A stretch of 64,000 nucleotides of DNA from assembly GCF_048403405.1 (NCBI RefSeq), contig NZ_CP183131.1. One strand, 5' to 3'. A model generated the notes under the pieces. That model was given only the letters and a program-made list of their open reading frames with translations, ran no database searches and was not told the origin of the DNA. Of this stretch, positions 1 through 9,416 are shown piece after piece; the stretch's first letter is position 1; the number at the start of each line of letters is the position of its first letter. Source of the stretch: Escherichia coli. Its GTDB lineage: Bacteria > Pseudomonadota > Gammaproteobacteria > Enterobacterales > Enterobacteriaceae. The position numbers and the translations under genes were made by a program.

Positions 1-269
1 TGCAAGGTATCCTCCTGAGGGAAATGTGTCAGGAAGAAATCTATGACCCTTGACGGCGTATGTCAATCAATTCGGAAGGCAACTCTATTCTGACGATTTA
101 GCGCCGGATGGTCTGACGCCAAGTTAGGGTATAGCCTAGATTGACATGCGCGATGCAACCCTTAACTTGCTTGCACCTATCGTTTCCATGCTAGCTTTAT
201 CGTAACGCTCAAGAAATTGGGCTTAATGCCGAAAACAATAAAATAAAACAGCCAACCCTTGAGGTTCTT

Positions 270-806
270 ATGCGCCAGAATTTACCAGTGACGGGTCGAA
301 ACTTAGAACTCCCAAAAGATGCCAATATTCTTTCGACTACCTCCCCTCAAAGCCATATCACGTACGTTAATCCTGACTTCATTAAAATCAGTGGTTTCAC
401 TGAGGAAGAACTATTAGGCCAGCCTCACAACATCGTAAGACACCCAGATATGCCGCCTGCTGCATTTGAGCATATGTGGAGTACATTAAAATCTGGCCGC
501 TCATGGATGGGGCTAGTAAAAAATCGCTGTAAAAATGGCGACCACTATTGGGTAAGTGCTTATGTAACGCCAATAGCTAAGAATGGTTCGATTGTTGAAT
601 ACCAGTCTGTAAGGACCAAGCCTGAACCTGAGCAGGTTTTGGCTGCGGAAAAATTATATGCTCAATTGAGAAGCGGGAAGGCCGCGAGGCCGAAATTGGC
701 TGCTAGCTTTTCCGTGAAAATACTCTTGCTCATATGGGGTAGTATTATATCAAGCGCAATGGCTGCCGGCATGCTTACTGATACATCAATAAGCAGCTTA
801 TTGTTA
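270..806 (+). pseudogene. Aer-like PAS-domain chemoreceptor (MCP), 5' fragment; gene split by insertion at 806/807
   Basis: PAS region (ITYVNPDF..NIVRHPDMP..GDHYWV) is followed by a hydrophobic hairpin. The frame rejoins 4078..5118 exactly when 807-4077 is removed, restoring about 525 aa. Confidence 0.85.
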
Positions 807-873
807 CCAGGAATCAACGCCTTTACCCGCTGCCGGAGCCTCACCTCAATAGCACTCTCCGGCAGCCGTATTG

Positions 874-1971
874 TTACAGCGAATCAAACTGATAGCTGAC
901 CGATAGCCCAACGCCATAGTTACGGCCCGGCGCCGGTTCATAATAGCGTCCGTTGCTCTCGTTGACGATAACAGAGCCGACGTAGCGCTTATCAAACAGG
1001 TTATCAACGCGCGTATAGAGGTCGACGGTCCAGTTATCTAGCACATATTTATAGCCGGTATTCAGTGCCGTCACCGTATAGGCTGGAGCCTGCTCGCTAT
1101 TGGCATCGTTGACCTGAATATCGCTCATATAGCGGACTTCAGCGCCAGCGTACCATCCCTCTTCCGGCACCCAGCCAAAGGAGGCATAGGCGCTATTACG
1201 TGCAATCCCCGGGATCCGATTGCCGCTCTGAATAGCATCGCCGGCGTTTTCACGGTAGGTCGCATCCAGCAGCGTCCACGCCAGTTTGGCGCGCCAGGCG
1301 GGCGCAAATTGCTGATCCCATCCCAGTTCGACCCCGCGGCGGCGCGTCTTGCCCGCGTTCTGATAGGACGTACGGCCATTGTCGCTGGCGGCAACGACAA
1401 TTTCATTTTTCGTGTCCGTATTGAAGACGCTCAGGCTCGCCATCCCGGTGCCCACCTGCCATTTACTGCCTGCTTCAACGGTGGTGTTAGTGGCCGGTTG
1501 CAGAGCAAAGTTAAGCCCGGACTGACCATCGGGACGATAGGACAGCTCGTTAATGGTCGGCGTTTCAAATCCCCTCCCGGCAGAGAGGTAAACGTTCCAC
1601 TGCGGCGTCATGGCATACTTCAGCGCTGCCGCCGGAAGCCACTTGTGATAGCTCGCTTCGCCGCTATCATCACCATTTTTACCTACAACATAACGATCGT
1701 TGGAATCAAACCATACCGAGCTATAGCGCGCCCCGGCGTCCAGCCCCAGGGCTGAGGTGAGCTGCCAGTGCGTTTGAATGTAGGGATCGAGGTTCCACAT
1801 CAGGTTACGTTCGTTACGTCGCATATCACCTTTGGTGCCGAGATCGTAAACGCCGTTCTGATAAACAAAGTTCTCATAGCCTTTGCGCTGTTCGGTCATC
1901 GCCTCGTAATCAAGGCCGGTGGTGATGGCGTAAGGGATAAAACCGCTGTCATCGTGGTGTGTCCAGCGCGT
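874..1971 (-). pseudogene. TonB-dependent siderophore receptor, C-terminal ~365 codons only (IroN-like fragment)
   Basis: Beta-barrel C-terminal region ends in ..GLSVSYQF. The frame stays open up to the IS903 IR at 1972. There is no plug domain or TonB box. Confidence 0.8.
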
Positions 1972-3028
1972 GGCTTTGTTGAATAAATCAGATTTCGGGT
2001 AAGTCTCCCCCGTAGCGGGTTGTGTTTTCAGGCAATACGCACGCTTTCAGGCATACCTGCTTTCGTCATTTTGTTCAGCGCTCGTACCAGGGCCATAGCC
2101 TCCGCAACCTGACCATCGTAGTCACGCAGCGTCAGTGAACCCCCGAACAGCTGTTTTACCCGGTACATCGCCGTTTCCGCTATCGAGCGACGGTTGTAAT
2201 CTGTTGTCCATTTCCACCGCGCATTACTCCCGGTCATTCGCTGATTAGCCACTGCACGGTTACGGTCTGCATATTCACCGGGCCAGTAACCCGCACCTTT
2301 TCGGGGCGGGATAAGCGCGCTGATTTTCTTACGCCGCAGTTCATCGTGACAGAGCCGGGTATCGTAAGCTCCATCGGCGGCGGCTGACCTGATTTTCCGG
2401 TGGGTTTGCCGGATTAACCCGGGGAAGGCCTCTGAGTCCGTAACGTTGTTCAGCGACAGGTCAGCGCAGATGATTTCATGTGTTTTACTGTCAACTGCCA
2501 GATGCAGCTTACGCCATATACGACGGCGTTCCTGGCCATGCTTTTTGACTTTCCACTCGCCTTCACCGAAGACCTTCAGCCCGGTGGAATCAATTACCAG
2601 GTGTGCGATTTCACCCCGGGTGGGCGTTTTGAAACTGATATTAACCGACTTTGCCCGCCTGCTGACACAGCTGTAATCCGGGCAGCGTAGCGGAACGTTC
2701 ATCAGAGAAAAAATGGAATCAATAAAGCCCTGCGCAGCGCGCAGGGTCAGCCTGAATACGCGTTTAATGACCAGCACAGTCGTGATGGCAAGGTCAGAAT
2801 AGCGCTGAGGTCTGCCTCGTGAAGAAGGTGTTGCTGACTCATACCAGGCCTGAATAGCTTCATCATCCAGCCAGAAAGTTATGGAGCCACGGTTGATGAG
2901 GGCTTTATTGTAGGTGGGCCAGTTGGTGATTTTGAACTTTTGCTTTGCCACGGAACGGTCTGCGTTGTCGGGAAGATACGTGATCTGATCCTTCAACTCA
3001 GCAAAAGTTCGATTTATTCAACAAAACC
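1972..3028 (-). mobile_element. IS903-like insertion sequence (IS5 family), 1057 bp
   Basis: 18-bp terminal IRs: GGCTTTGTTGAATAAATC at 1972-1989 and GGTTTTGTTGAATAAATC (revcomp) at 3011-3028. The 9-bp flanks differ (CCAGCGCGT vs TTTTTCTGG), so there is no TSD. Confidence 0.92.
2028..2951 (-). CDS. IS903 transposase (307 aa, GTG start)
   Basis: The sequence VAKQKFKITNWPTYNKALINRGS.. matches the IS903/IS102 transposase as I remember it. The ORF-track start at 2996 is an upstream in-frame extension. Confidence 0.9.
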   Translation of the reverse strand: MAKQKFKITNWPTYNKALINRGSITFWLDDEAIQAWYESATPSSRGRPQRYSDLAITTVLVIKRVFRLTLRAAQGFIDSIFSLMNVPLRCPDYSCVSRRAKSVNISFKTPTRGEIAHLVIDSTGLKVFGEGEWKVKKHGQERRRIWRKLHLAVDSKTHEIICADLSLNNVTDSEAFPGLIRQTHRKIRSAAADGAYDTRLCHDELRRKKISALIPPRKGAGYWPGEYADRNRAVANQRMTGSNARWKWTTDYNRRSIAETAMYRVKQLFGGSLTLRDYDGQVAEAMALVRALNKMTKAGMPESVRIA

Positions 3029-3886
3029 TTTTTCTGGTTTCAGTACGCGAGATACGACAAATCTTCTGTCTTTTTCCCATTTAACTAATTTTGTATACAG
3101 TTCTGTAGTTTCTCTACCTTCTTCTCCTTTAACGAATACAATTGATGAATTCGTTGCTTGTGAGGTGAGTGTAGAATAACTTTTGGCTTTAATTAAATAT
3201 TTGCATCCAAGAGATTCTATCGTTTCGATAATTTTTTCATCAAAGTAGCCACTATCCATTCGAAATAAAATTTCTAAATCGTCTGATTTGATGTTAGCAA
3301 CAATTTCTTTGATCATTTCCGCAGCACCGTTTGCAGTGTAAGTATTGCCACTTCTTACAAATCCGGTAACATATGCTTTTAATTCGTCGCAAAATGCAAA
3401 TTGGATATTGTAGCATCGGTTTCCCAGTTTCTTAGGATTATATCCTTTTGACGCACCTTCTTGATGACCTTCTACGTTAATTACACTACTATCAATATCA
3501 ATCGTAATGGATGTCAATTTACTTTTAGTGAGCAGTTTTTTAAAGACTTTAAAATTAATGTCTCTAAACATTTGGGTTGTCTTGAAGTTGAAGTTTCCTA
3601 GAAACCGTGACACTGTTTCAGGTTCTTTTACGGAAATATCAAACTCGTTGACGAGGGGATCATTTTGAAGTAGCTTTAGACGTTCTAACTTATCAATGCC
3701 AATGAAGTGACCGCAGAGCATGGTCTTTATATGATTCATCTTGATTTTATTTGTTGAGTCATTATCAAATACGAGGTCATTTTCAATAAAATCAAAAATC
3801 CCATTGCTTTTTGCATTCTCAAGGAGCAGAAAAAGACCTGCATTTGATGTTAGATTCTTAGCTTTGAAATCAATTTTATTAATCAT
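3029..3886 (-). pseudogene. ISEcp1 transposase (IS1380 family), truncated after codon 286 by IS903
   Basis: MINKIDFKAKNLTSNAGLFLLLENAKSNGIFDF.. is the ISEcp1 TnpA N-terminus. The frame runs into the IS903 IR and stops. Confidence 0.9.
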
Positions 3887-4058
3887 AATTAGAACCCCTT
3901 TTTACTACTTTTCTTACTATTATTTTACCATATATCGAGTCATAAAAGCTGATAATTTAACATATTTTTGAGCACTTTTCTTTCACCCAATGGGTGAAAG
4001 CTGAATTTCGAAGGAATGCATATTTATCAAGGCTTTGATTATGCTTTTTGAAGTACTG

Positions 4059-4072
4059 ACGTAGAATCTAGG
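4059..4072 (-). repeat. ISEcp1 left inverted repeat (IRL)
   Basis: acgtagaatctagg is the reverse complement of CCTAGATTCTACGT. The adjacent 100 bp match the ISEcp1 left end. Confidence 0.85.
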
Positions 4073-5118
4073 TGTTAGCCACTTTAATGTCAGGAAGCTT
4101 AAGCTCTGTTAGTGTTTTGGCTATTCTCTCTCCTCTTGGAAGACTGGTTGAAAGAGCCAGGAATATTTCCAATAACCCATTAAGTCAATCCCTCTACACT
4201 GGGCGCACCGATGAGTTTGGCCAAATAGAGTTTGCTTTACGAATGATGCAAGCTGAAACAGGCGCCATAGTAGGTCGCATAGGTGATGCATCAAATCGGC
4301 TTAGCGAACACACCCGAGGCCTACTAAAGGATATTGAGTCAAGCAATGTACTTACAGTTGAGCAGCAGGCAGAGACAGATCAAATAGCAACGGCAGTAAA
4401 CCAAATGGTGGCAAGCATTCAAGAGGTTGCGAGCAATGCACAGCATGCTGCAGATGCGGCCGGAAGAGCAGACACTGAGACGGCATCTGGCCAGCGTCTG
4501 GTAGCCCACACAAGCCAGTCAATCACTGCCCTTGAAGGTGAAATTAGGCAAGCCACTCAGGTTATTCATGAGCTTGAAGGTCAAAGTAACGAGATATCAA
4601 AAGTTCTTGACGTTATACGAGGGATCGCCGAGCAAACGAATTTGTTGGCACTCAACGCAGCAATTGAGGCCGCGCGTGCTGGTGAGCAGGGGCGTGGTTT
4701 TGCTGTTGTCGCCGATGAGGTTCGCAGTCTTGCTGCTCGCACACAGCAATCGACAACGGATATTCAAAGCATGATCAGCGCTCTACAAGAGCGAGCGCAA
4801 TCCGCTGTTACAGTCATGGAGCAAAGTAGTCGGCAAGCGCACACGAGTGTAGCTCACGCAGAGGAAGCAGCTACAGCTCTTGATGGAATTGGCCAACGCG
4901 TTAACGAAATTACCGACATGAACGCGCAAATAGCGACTGCGGTCGAGCAGCAGGGAGCAGTAAGTGAAGACATAAACCGCAGTATTATCAATATACGCGA
5001 TGCTGCTGATACCAATGTACAGACCGGGCAGAATAATTTGCAAAGTGCGAAATCTGTCGCTCAGTTAACTAGCGCTCTGAGCGAACTGGCAAAACAGTTT
5101 TGGGAAAAACGAGGATAA
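4073..5118 (+). pseudogene. Aer-like MCP, 3' fragment (TM2, HAMP, methyl-accepting signalling domain)
   Basis: Highly conserved MCP hairpin tip ([35 protein letters not shown]). Continues the frame of 270..806. Confidence 0.88.
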
Positions 5119-5138
5119 CGCTTTTCAGTATCTCGACA

Positions 5139-5172
5139 GGGATAACTTACTTTACCATCGGTTATCCCTTTT
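5139..5172 (+). terminator. rho-independent terminator of the chemoreceptor gene
   Basis: GGGATAAC-N14-GTTATCCC followed by TTTT, 20 nt after the stop codon. Confidence 0.7.
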
Positions 5173-5265
5173 AGCCGCACAAATTTTAGCCATGGCTTTT
5201 CAGGAAGTCAGGGCTATCAGAATGGCCTTAGAAAGCCTAGTCAAAGAGCTGTCACGAGAACACCG

Positions 5266-6180
5266 TTAGCTTAGCGTACGATTTTTTCCGAATTCTGCGG
5301 TTCCCCCTCCAGGGAAGGATTCGATAGTGACTCCACCGAAGGTGCCAAGGATTTCCGATGCCGCTTTATCAGATCGAGTTTTGCGTTGTTCTGAGGCGTC
5401 AAAGTTACGAAGCAATTTGAGCTGAACATCCTTATCCTGGAGCACGATCAGGGGCATTGGCGCGGTAACGGTTTTGAGTACCCCTGCGGCCATGACGTTT
5501 GCCACCGGTTGAACCTTTACTTCCCTTCGCTCCCGGAGATAAGGCTCCGGGGTGCTGGCGATCTTCTGGATAAGCTGCTCCAGGGGAAGTTGATAGTCTG
5601 GCCCAGATCGCTCCAGCTCCTCTCTGATGCGTTGCAAAAGCTCCTCTTTTACGGGCTTCTTCAAGGAGTCCTTCCGTTGCCAGGTGAAGCGGATAGAGTC
5701 GATGTCGCCATTGGTATAGCACCGAATTTGTCTGTAAAGGTGGAGAGTCATGACACCAGGGCAGTCCGCTCGAAGTGCTTCAAACCTCTCTTGCCTGGTG
5801 GGGTACGTCGAGATAATGAACTCCTCGATACCAGCTTTGGCCGCGTTGATGCGTTCAACCGTCGCCGCAATTTCGTCAGCTACACCAATCCTGGAAGGGG
5901 AGAACCAGAGTACCCCCACGGTGCGCCTGGCAGACTTCTGCGAATAGTCTGGGTTGATGTGAAGATCTCTGTAGCTGTGCGCTGCCAGCTCAAGAGCTTC
6001 GCGCCCAGTTTGTTCAGTTACGACAATCTTGTTGACGGGCTCGTTCTCCATTCCTTTTCCGGTAGGAGGGATGGCCGCAACTTTTGCGTACCGTGGCGGT
6101 AGTCGTTTGATAAGAGAGGACAGGTTCGTTAAGTCGCGGCACATGGCCGAGAATTGTTCTGATATGAAGTTTTTAGCCAT
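5266..6180 (-). CDS. tus: Tus-like DNA replication terminus site-binding protein
   Basis: Similar to E. coli Tus over its length, e.g. VKVQPVANV..TAPMPLIVL vs VKVQPIARV..CPTPLIALI, and ..GVLWF../..LHLYR.. blocks. Confidence 0.8.
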   Translation of the reverse strand: MAKNFISEQFSAMCRDLTNLSSLIKRLPPRYAKVAAIPPTGKGMENEPVNKIVVTEQTGREALELAAHSYRDLHINPDYSQKSARRTVGVLWFSPSRIGVADEIAATVERINAAKAGIEEFIISTYPTRQERFEALRADCPGVMTLHLYRQIRCYTNGDIDSIRFTWQRKDSLKKPVKEELLQRIREELERSGPDYQLPLEQLIQKIASTPEPYLRERREVKVQPVANVMAAGVLKTVTAPMPLIVLQDKDVQLKLLRNFDASEQRKTRSDKAASEILGTFGGVTIESFPGGGTAEFGKNRTLS

Positions 6181-6237
6181 GCTGCCGCCTATGTGTGGGT
6201 TTGTTCTAACAGTTCATTGGTTACATAGTAGACAGAT

Positions 6238-6459
6238 TTAGACCATCATGCAACGAGGGGGAGGGGCAAGAATACGCCTCCGCTTCGCGTCGGCGGGTGC
6301 CCTGTTTGACCTTCGTGTGTGAGATTAGATTGAGAAAGAGAGAGAAAGAGAGAAAAAGAGAGAAAGAAGAAAAGCGCGGGGCAAGCCAGAAATGTGGCTG
6401 AGGGGGACTGCTGGGGTGGGGCTGGCACCCTCTATACCCCACTTTGCATGATGGTCTAA
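6238..6459. repeat. pair of perfect 16-bp inverted repeats (TTAGACCATCATGCAA) flanking ~190 bp
   Basis: 6238-6253 and 6444-6459 are exact reverse complements. The pair lies upstream of the tus-like gene. Confidence 0.8.
6332..6374 (+). repeat. 43-nt uninterrupted polypurine tract with mirror symmetry
   Basis: gagaaagagagagaaagagagaaaaagagagaaagaagaaaag. The first 19 nt form a perfect mirror repeat, which has H-DNA potential. Confidence 0.85.
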
Positions 6460-6504
6460 CTTTGTGGTTATAGGACGACTTTTAGAGTGCCTAGATTTGC
6501 TCGA

Positions 6505-6996
6505 TTAGGACAAATTTCGGTCCATCCACGCTGATTGGCGTAGCAGCGCGATGGCATCAGAAGGGGTAACTTTCCATGCGTTGGAAAGCTGGCGAACTGC
6601 GAAGACTGCGAGCTCCATTCGGTCGTCATCATTGATGAAATTCTGGAGCTGGTTTCCTCGCTCACTAAGGATGATCGCAACACCGGCCTTGCCGTTGTTG
6701 TAAACCGCAAAGCTCTTATTCTTCGCGTCGCCGTGATAGGAACCCTCAGCCTTGCTACGCAAACCAAAGAGAACGCTGCAAAACGCCGTCAGTTCGCCGC
6801 GAGTGAGCTGCACCGTGATCTTGCTTTTCCAGTCTGGGCTGGACCCCGATGCCCTGATCGGCGCAATCTCGATGCTGACCGTAGGATATTCACCTCTGGT
6901 TAGCGTGTGTTGCACATTCAGGCCGGTGCGTTTCGCGGGGTCCTTCTGCCAGTCTGAGAAAAATTTGAGACTTTCGCCGTAGGATTGTTCTGTCAT
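6505..6996 (-). CDS. hypothetical protein (163 aa)
   Basis: Its start overlaps the stop of the upstream exonuclease gene (ATGA). No family recognised. Confidence 0.65.
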   Translation of the reverse strand: MTEQSYGESLKFFSDWQKDPAKRTGLNVQHTLTRGEYPTVSIEIAPIRASGSSPDWKSKITVQLTRGELTAFCSVLFGLRSKAEGSYHGDAKNKSFAVYNNGKAGVAIILSERGNQLQNFINDDDRMELAVFAVRQLSNAWKVTPSDAIALLRQSAWMDRNLS

Positions 6997-7862
6997 TCCA
7001 AATTACCTTTGCTTTGAAGCTCCTGGAGCTGGACCACGAGGTCACGTTGGACTTTGGCTATCTCTGTCACCAAGTCGGCGGTGGCAATAGCGTCGGTCGC
7101 TGCTGAATGGGCTCGACCTTTCCAGCTCACACCTGCCTCGCAGGTGGCATCCGCAAGTGAGATTGTGCCGTGCCGGTTGGTTGAGCCAAAGGCATCAGCC
7201 GCCAGCTTCATCGCGCACAGACAGTTCTGCTCTTGCCACCAAGAGAGTTGGTCTCCAAATGCACTGGCTGTTTGCCTCAACATCCTACTGTCGAAACTGG
7301 AGTTAAATATCACCAGATGACGGCCCGACAAAAGCCGGGCGAGAGCTGGCGCAACTTGAGTCCACGTAGGCTCATTCGACAGCTCAGTCTCGGTGATGCC
7401 ATGAACACCCATTGCCTGAGGGTCTATTTCCACGGTTGGCCGTAATCTGGTGCAGAGGAGAACCGCGCCTCTGATGTCAGTAACAGCCAGCTCGATCACC
7501 TGGTCTCTTTCACCAAGTCCGGTCGTCTCGGTATCGAGAACCAGAGGTTCCAGAGCGACCCACCTTTGTGCCATGACAGAGGCCTTTGCCAGGTTGCTAC
7601 GCATTCTTGCCTTGACCGAAAGGATGGATTGCGCCCTTATTTGCTTTTGTGATGCCGGTGAACAACCCCTTCTCCGCATTGGTTGGCAATCTGCTATCCG
7701 GTACACTCCAAATTGGCCACCATACCCGTTTTTGTAGAACGAAACTGGCTCTACTCCTGGCTTAGGCTTCATCCGAAATTCGTCCCTGAGCCGTCCTTTT
7801 GAAAAGCACCTATCGGCTTTCATGGCTTCGGCTCTGGCAAGTTCGAGTTCTTCATCATTCAT
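6993..7862 (-). CDS. DEDDh (DnaQ-like) 3'-5' exonuclease with N-terminal extension
   Basis: Exo I motif LVLDTETTGL and Exo III motif HSAATDAIATADL. Confidence 0.8.
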   Translation of the reverse strand: MNDEELELARAEAMKADRCFSKGRLRDEFRMKPKPGVEPVSFYKNGYGGQFGVYRIADCQPMRRRGCSPASQKQIRAQSILSVKARMRSNLAKASVMAQRWVALEPLVLDTETTGLGERDQVIELAVTDIRGAVLLCTRLRPTVEIDPQAMGVHGITETELSNEPTWTQVAPALARLLSGRHLVIFNSSFDSRMLRQTASAFGDQLSWWQEQNCLCAMKLAADAFGSTNRHGTISLADATCEAGVSWKGRAHSAATDAIATADLVTEIAKVQRDLVVQLQELQSKGNLE

Positions 7863-7866
7863 GCTG

Positions 7867-8877
7867 TTAATCCGCTATATCGAGGCGTTGGCTCGCTCTC
7901 TTCAAACGCTCATCGCCGCGTCTGTCATATTTCTGGGTAGTTGCAATGCTTGAGTGGCCCATTGCGTCCTTCACGGTCACAATATCCTCACCGTTATCCA
8001 GCATCGAGGAGGCAAAGGTGCGTCGCAGGTCATGGGGCGCAAACATCTCCAGACCGGCTTCAACTCTTCTGGTCTCCAAGATGTGGTAGATGGCCTGATC
8101 CGACATCCGCTCTCCAGTCACATCATCAAACCGCCTGATCCTCGGGAATAAAGGCCCTTCATGCGTTCCTCGAACCTCTTCAACCCACTTATCCAGTCTT
8201 TTCCATGCGCCACCAGGCACATACGCCATTCTCTCTTTGTTGCCCTTGCCAAGAACCTTGAGAGCGCGGTCCTTGTAGATCATGCTTCCCATGTCCAGCG
8301 CAACGATTTCCGAGCGGCGCAAGCCACACCCGAGGAGCACCCCGAGAATGGCCGCATCCCGAAGCCCTTTGGCGCTTGAATCACTTTCACATGTGAAAAA
8401 GAGGCTGCGAATCTCATGGCGTTCAAGTGCCCGCCCTTTAGGAAGTCGAGATCCACGTACTGAACGGACTTGCTTAATGTGCTGGAAGCTATCCGTATCA
8501 ATTTGCTTCATCGTCCAGGCTTCAAGAGCCACCCCTTTGAGCGCTGACAGGTAGGTGTTGATCGTTGCCGGAGCCTTCCCTGCATCCCCCAGCATTTCCA
8601 GCACCGCCAATATGTGGTGCCGCCTCATTGAGCTCCATGCACAGTCACGAAGGTTCTGAAACCCGATCATCTTGGCGACAATGTTGAGGAATGAGCTCAT
8701 GGTCTGCCTGCTTCGCTTTGACCCGAGGCTCACCAGATAGGCGACGGCGGGGTTGTCCTGGATGTTCCGGAGCGAGCTCGATGACGGCAACAGTTCACCG
8801 CGAATGCTTTGTTCTGCCGGAACATTTACTTTCGCATGTGAAACTAGCTCTTCCTTGTCATTGTTTGTGTCGTGCAA
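7867..8877 (-). CDS. int: tyrosine recombinase / integrase
   Basis: C-terminal catalytic motifs HDLRRTFAS and GHSSIATTQKY. Confidence 0.88.
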   Translation of the reverse strand: MHDTNNDKEELVSHAKVNVPAEQSIRGELLPSSSSLRNIQDNPAVAYLVSLGSKRSRQTMSSFLNIVAKMIGFQNLRDCAWSSMRRHHILAVLEMLGDAGKAPATINTYLSALKGVALEAWTMKQIDTDSFQHIKQVRSVRGSRLPKGRALERHEIRSLFFTCESDSSAKGLRDAAILGVLLGCGLRRSEIVALDMGSMIYKDRALKVLGKGNKERMAYVPGGAWKRLDKWVEEVRGTHEGPLFPRIRRFDDVTGERMSDQAIYHILETRRVEAGLEMFAPHDLRRTFASSMLDNGEDIVTVKDAMGHSSIATTQKYDRRGDERLKRASQRLDIAD

Positions 8878-8879
8878 AG

Positions 8880-9416
8880 TTACCTCCTAAGCCCGACCGC
8901 AACGAGAAGAAAATCCCATATTTTGAGGTGAAGAGGTAGTTCCTCCTCCATATGTTGCGTTTCGTAGCTTTGCATCAGTGGTTCAAACTTGGTTGGATTG
9001 CACAGCAATTCGTAAACTGTTCGGTTGGGCTTGGTGATCGGCTTATTCGGAGTGAATCCATGTTTGTTCTGGAGGTACAGCGCTACCGCGCCACTTCTGG
9101 ATTCTCCGTAATAGCAATGAACGAAGATCTGATCGATACCGCTACCAACCAATCCATCCAGGAAGGTGGACAGCTTTTCAGCCTGGGATGAGTCAATGTA
9201 AGAGGCGTAATTCATCCGGAACGCTGCCTTCATCGTGTGGATGGTGTTCTCAGAATAGCCGCCGTCATAGAAGCTATCGCGGTACAACTGCCCCCACTGT
9301 CCGAGAGCGGCAGGGGACTTGTCTGGGTCAGTTATGGAGATCATGGCCGCACCGGGAACCGGCTCCAGTCTTTCGGCCTCCGCTTGACTAATGAAAAAGA
9401 CTTTTTTGCTAAGCAT
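8880..9416 (-). CDS. protein-tyrosine/dual-specificity phosphatase-like protein
   Basis: CX5R(S) P-loop signature VHCYYGESRSG. Confidence 0.6.
   Translation of the reverse strand: MLSKKVFFISQAEAERLEPVPGAAMISITDPDKSPAALGQWGQLYRDSFYDGGYSENTIHTMKAAFRMNYASYIDSSQAEKLSTFLDGLVGSGIDQIFVHCYYGESRSGAVALYLQNKHGFTPNKPITKPNRTVYELLCNPTKFEPLMQSYETQHMEEELPLHLKIWDFLLVAVGLRR

Larger units (their letters stand above)
807..4072 (-). mobile_element. ISEcp1-driven transposition unit (truncated ISEcp1 + IS903-like + TonB-receptor fragment), no bla cargo
   Basis: The ISEcp1 IRL ends at 4072 and an imperfect IRR-like end CCAGGAATCAACGC lies at 807. 5-bp direct repeats TGTTA flank the unit at 802-806 and 4073-4077. 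Confidence 0.85.

Noticed and set aside
826-857. 10-bp-stem hairpin GCTGCCGGAG..CTCCGGCAGC considered as part of the chemoreceptor gene or as an IS end
   Set aside because: It lies within the co-mobilised fragment, just downstream of the TonB-receptor stop on the minus strand. It is most simply that gene's terminator-like hairpin, it has no T-run, and it is not an IS inverted repeat.
807-4072. Expected a beta-lactamase gene (CTX-M or CMY) downstream of ISEcp1
   Set aside because: No such ORF exists. ISEcp1 is cut at codon 286 by IS903, and the remaining cargo is only a TonB-receptor gene fragment.
5509-6102. 197-aa plus-strand ORF
   Set aside because: It is antisense to the Tus-like gene, which has homology support.
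6221-6442. 73-aa and 60-aa minus-strand ORFs across the polypurine tract
   Set aside because: They translate the GA-rich tract into an SLFLSFSLFL-type low-complexity peptide. They have no SD and span the non-coding inverted-repeat region.
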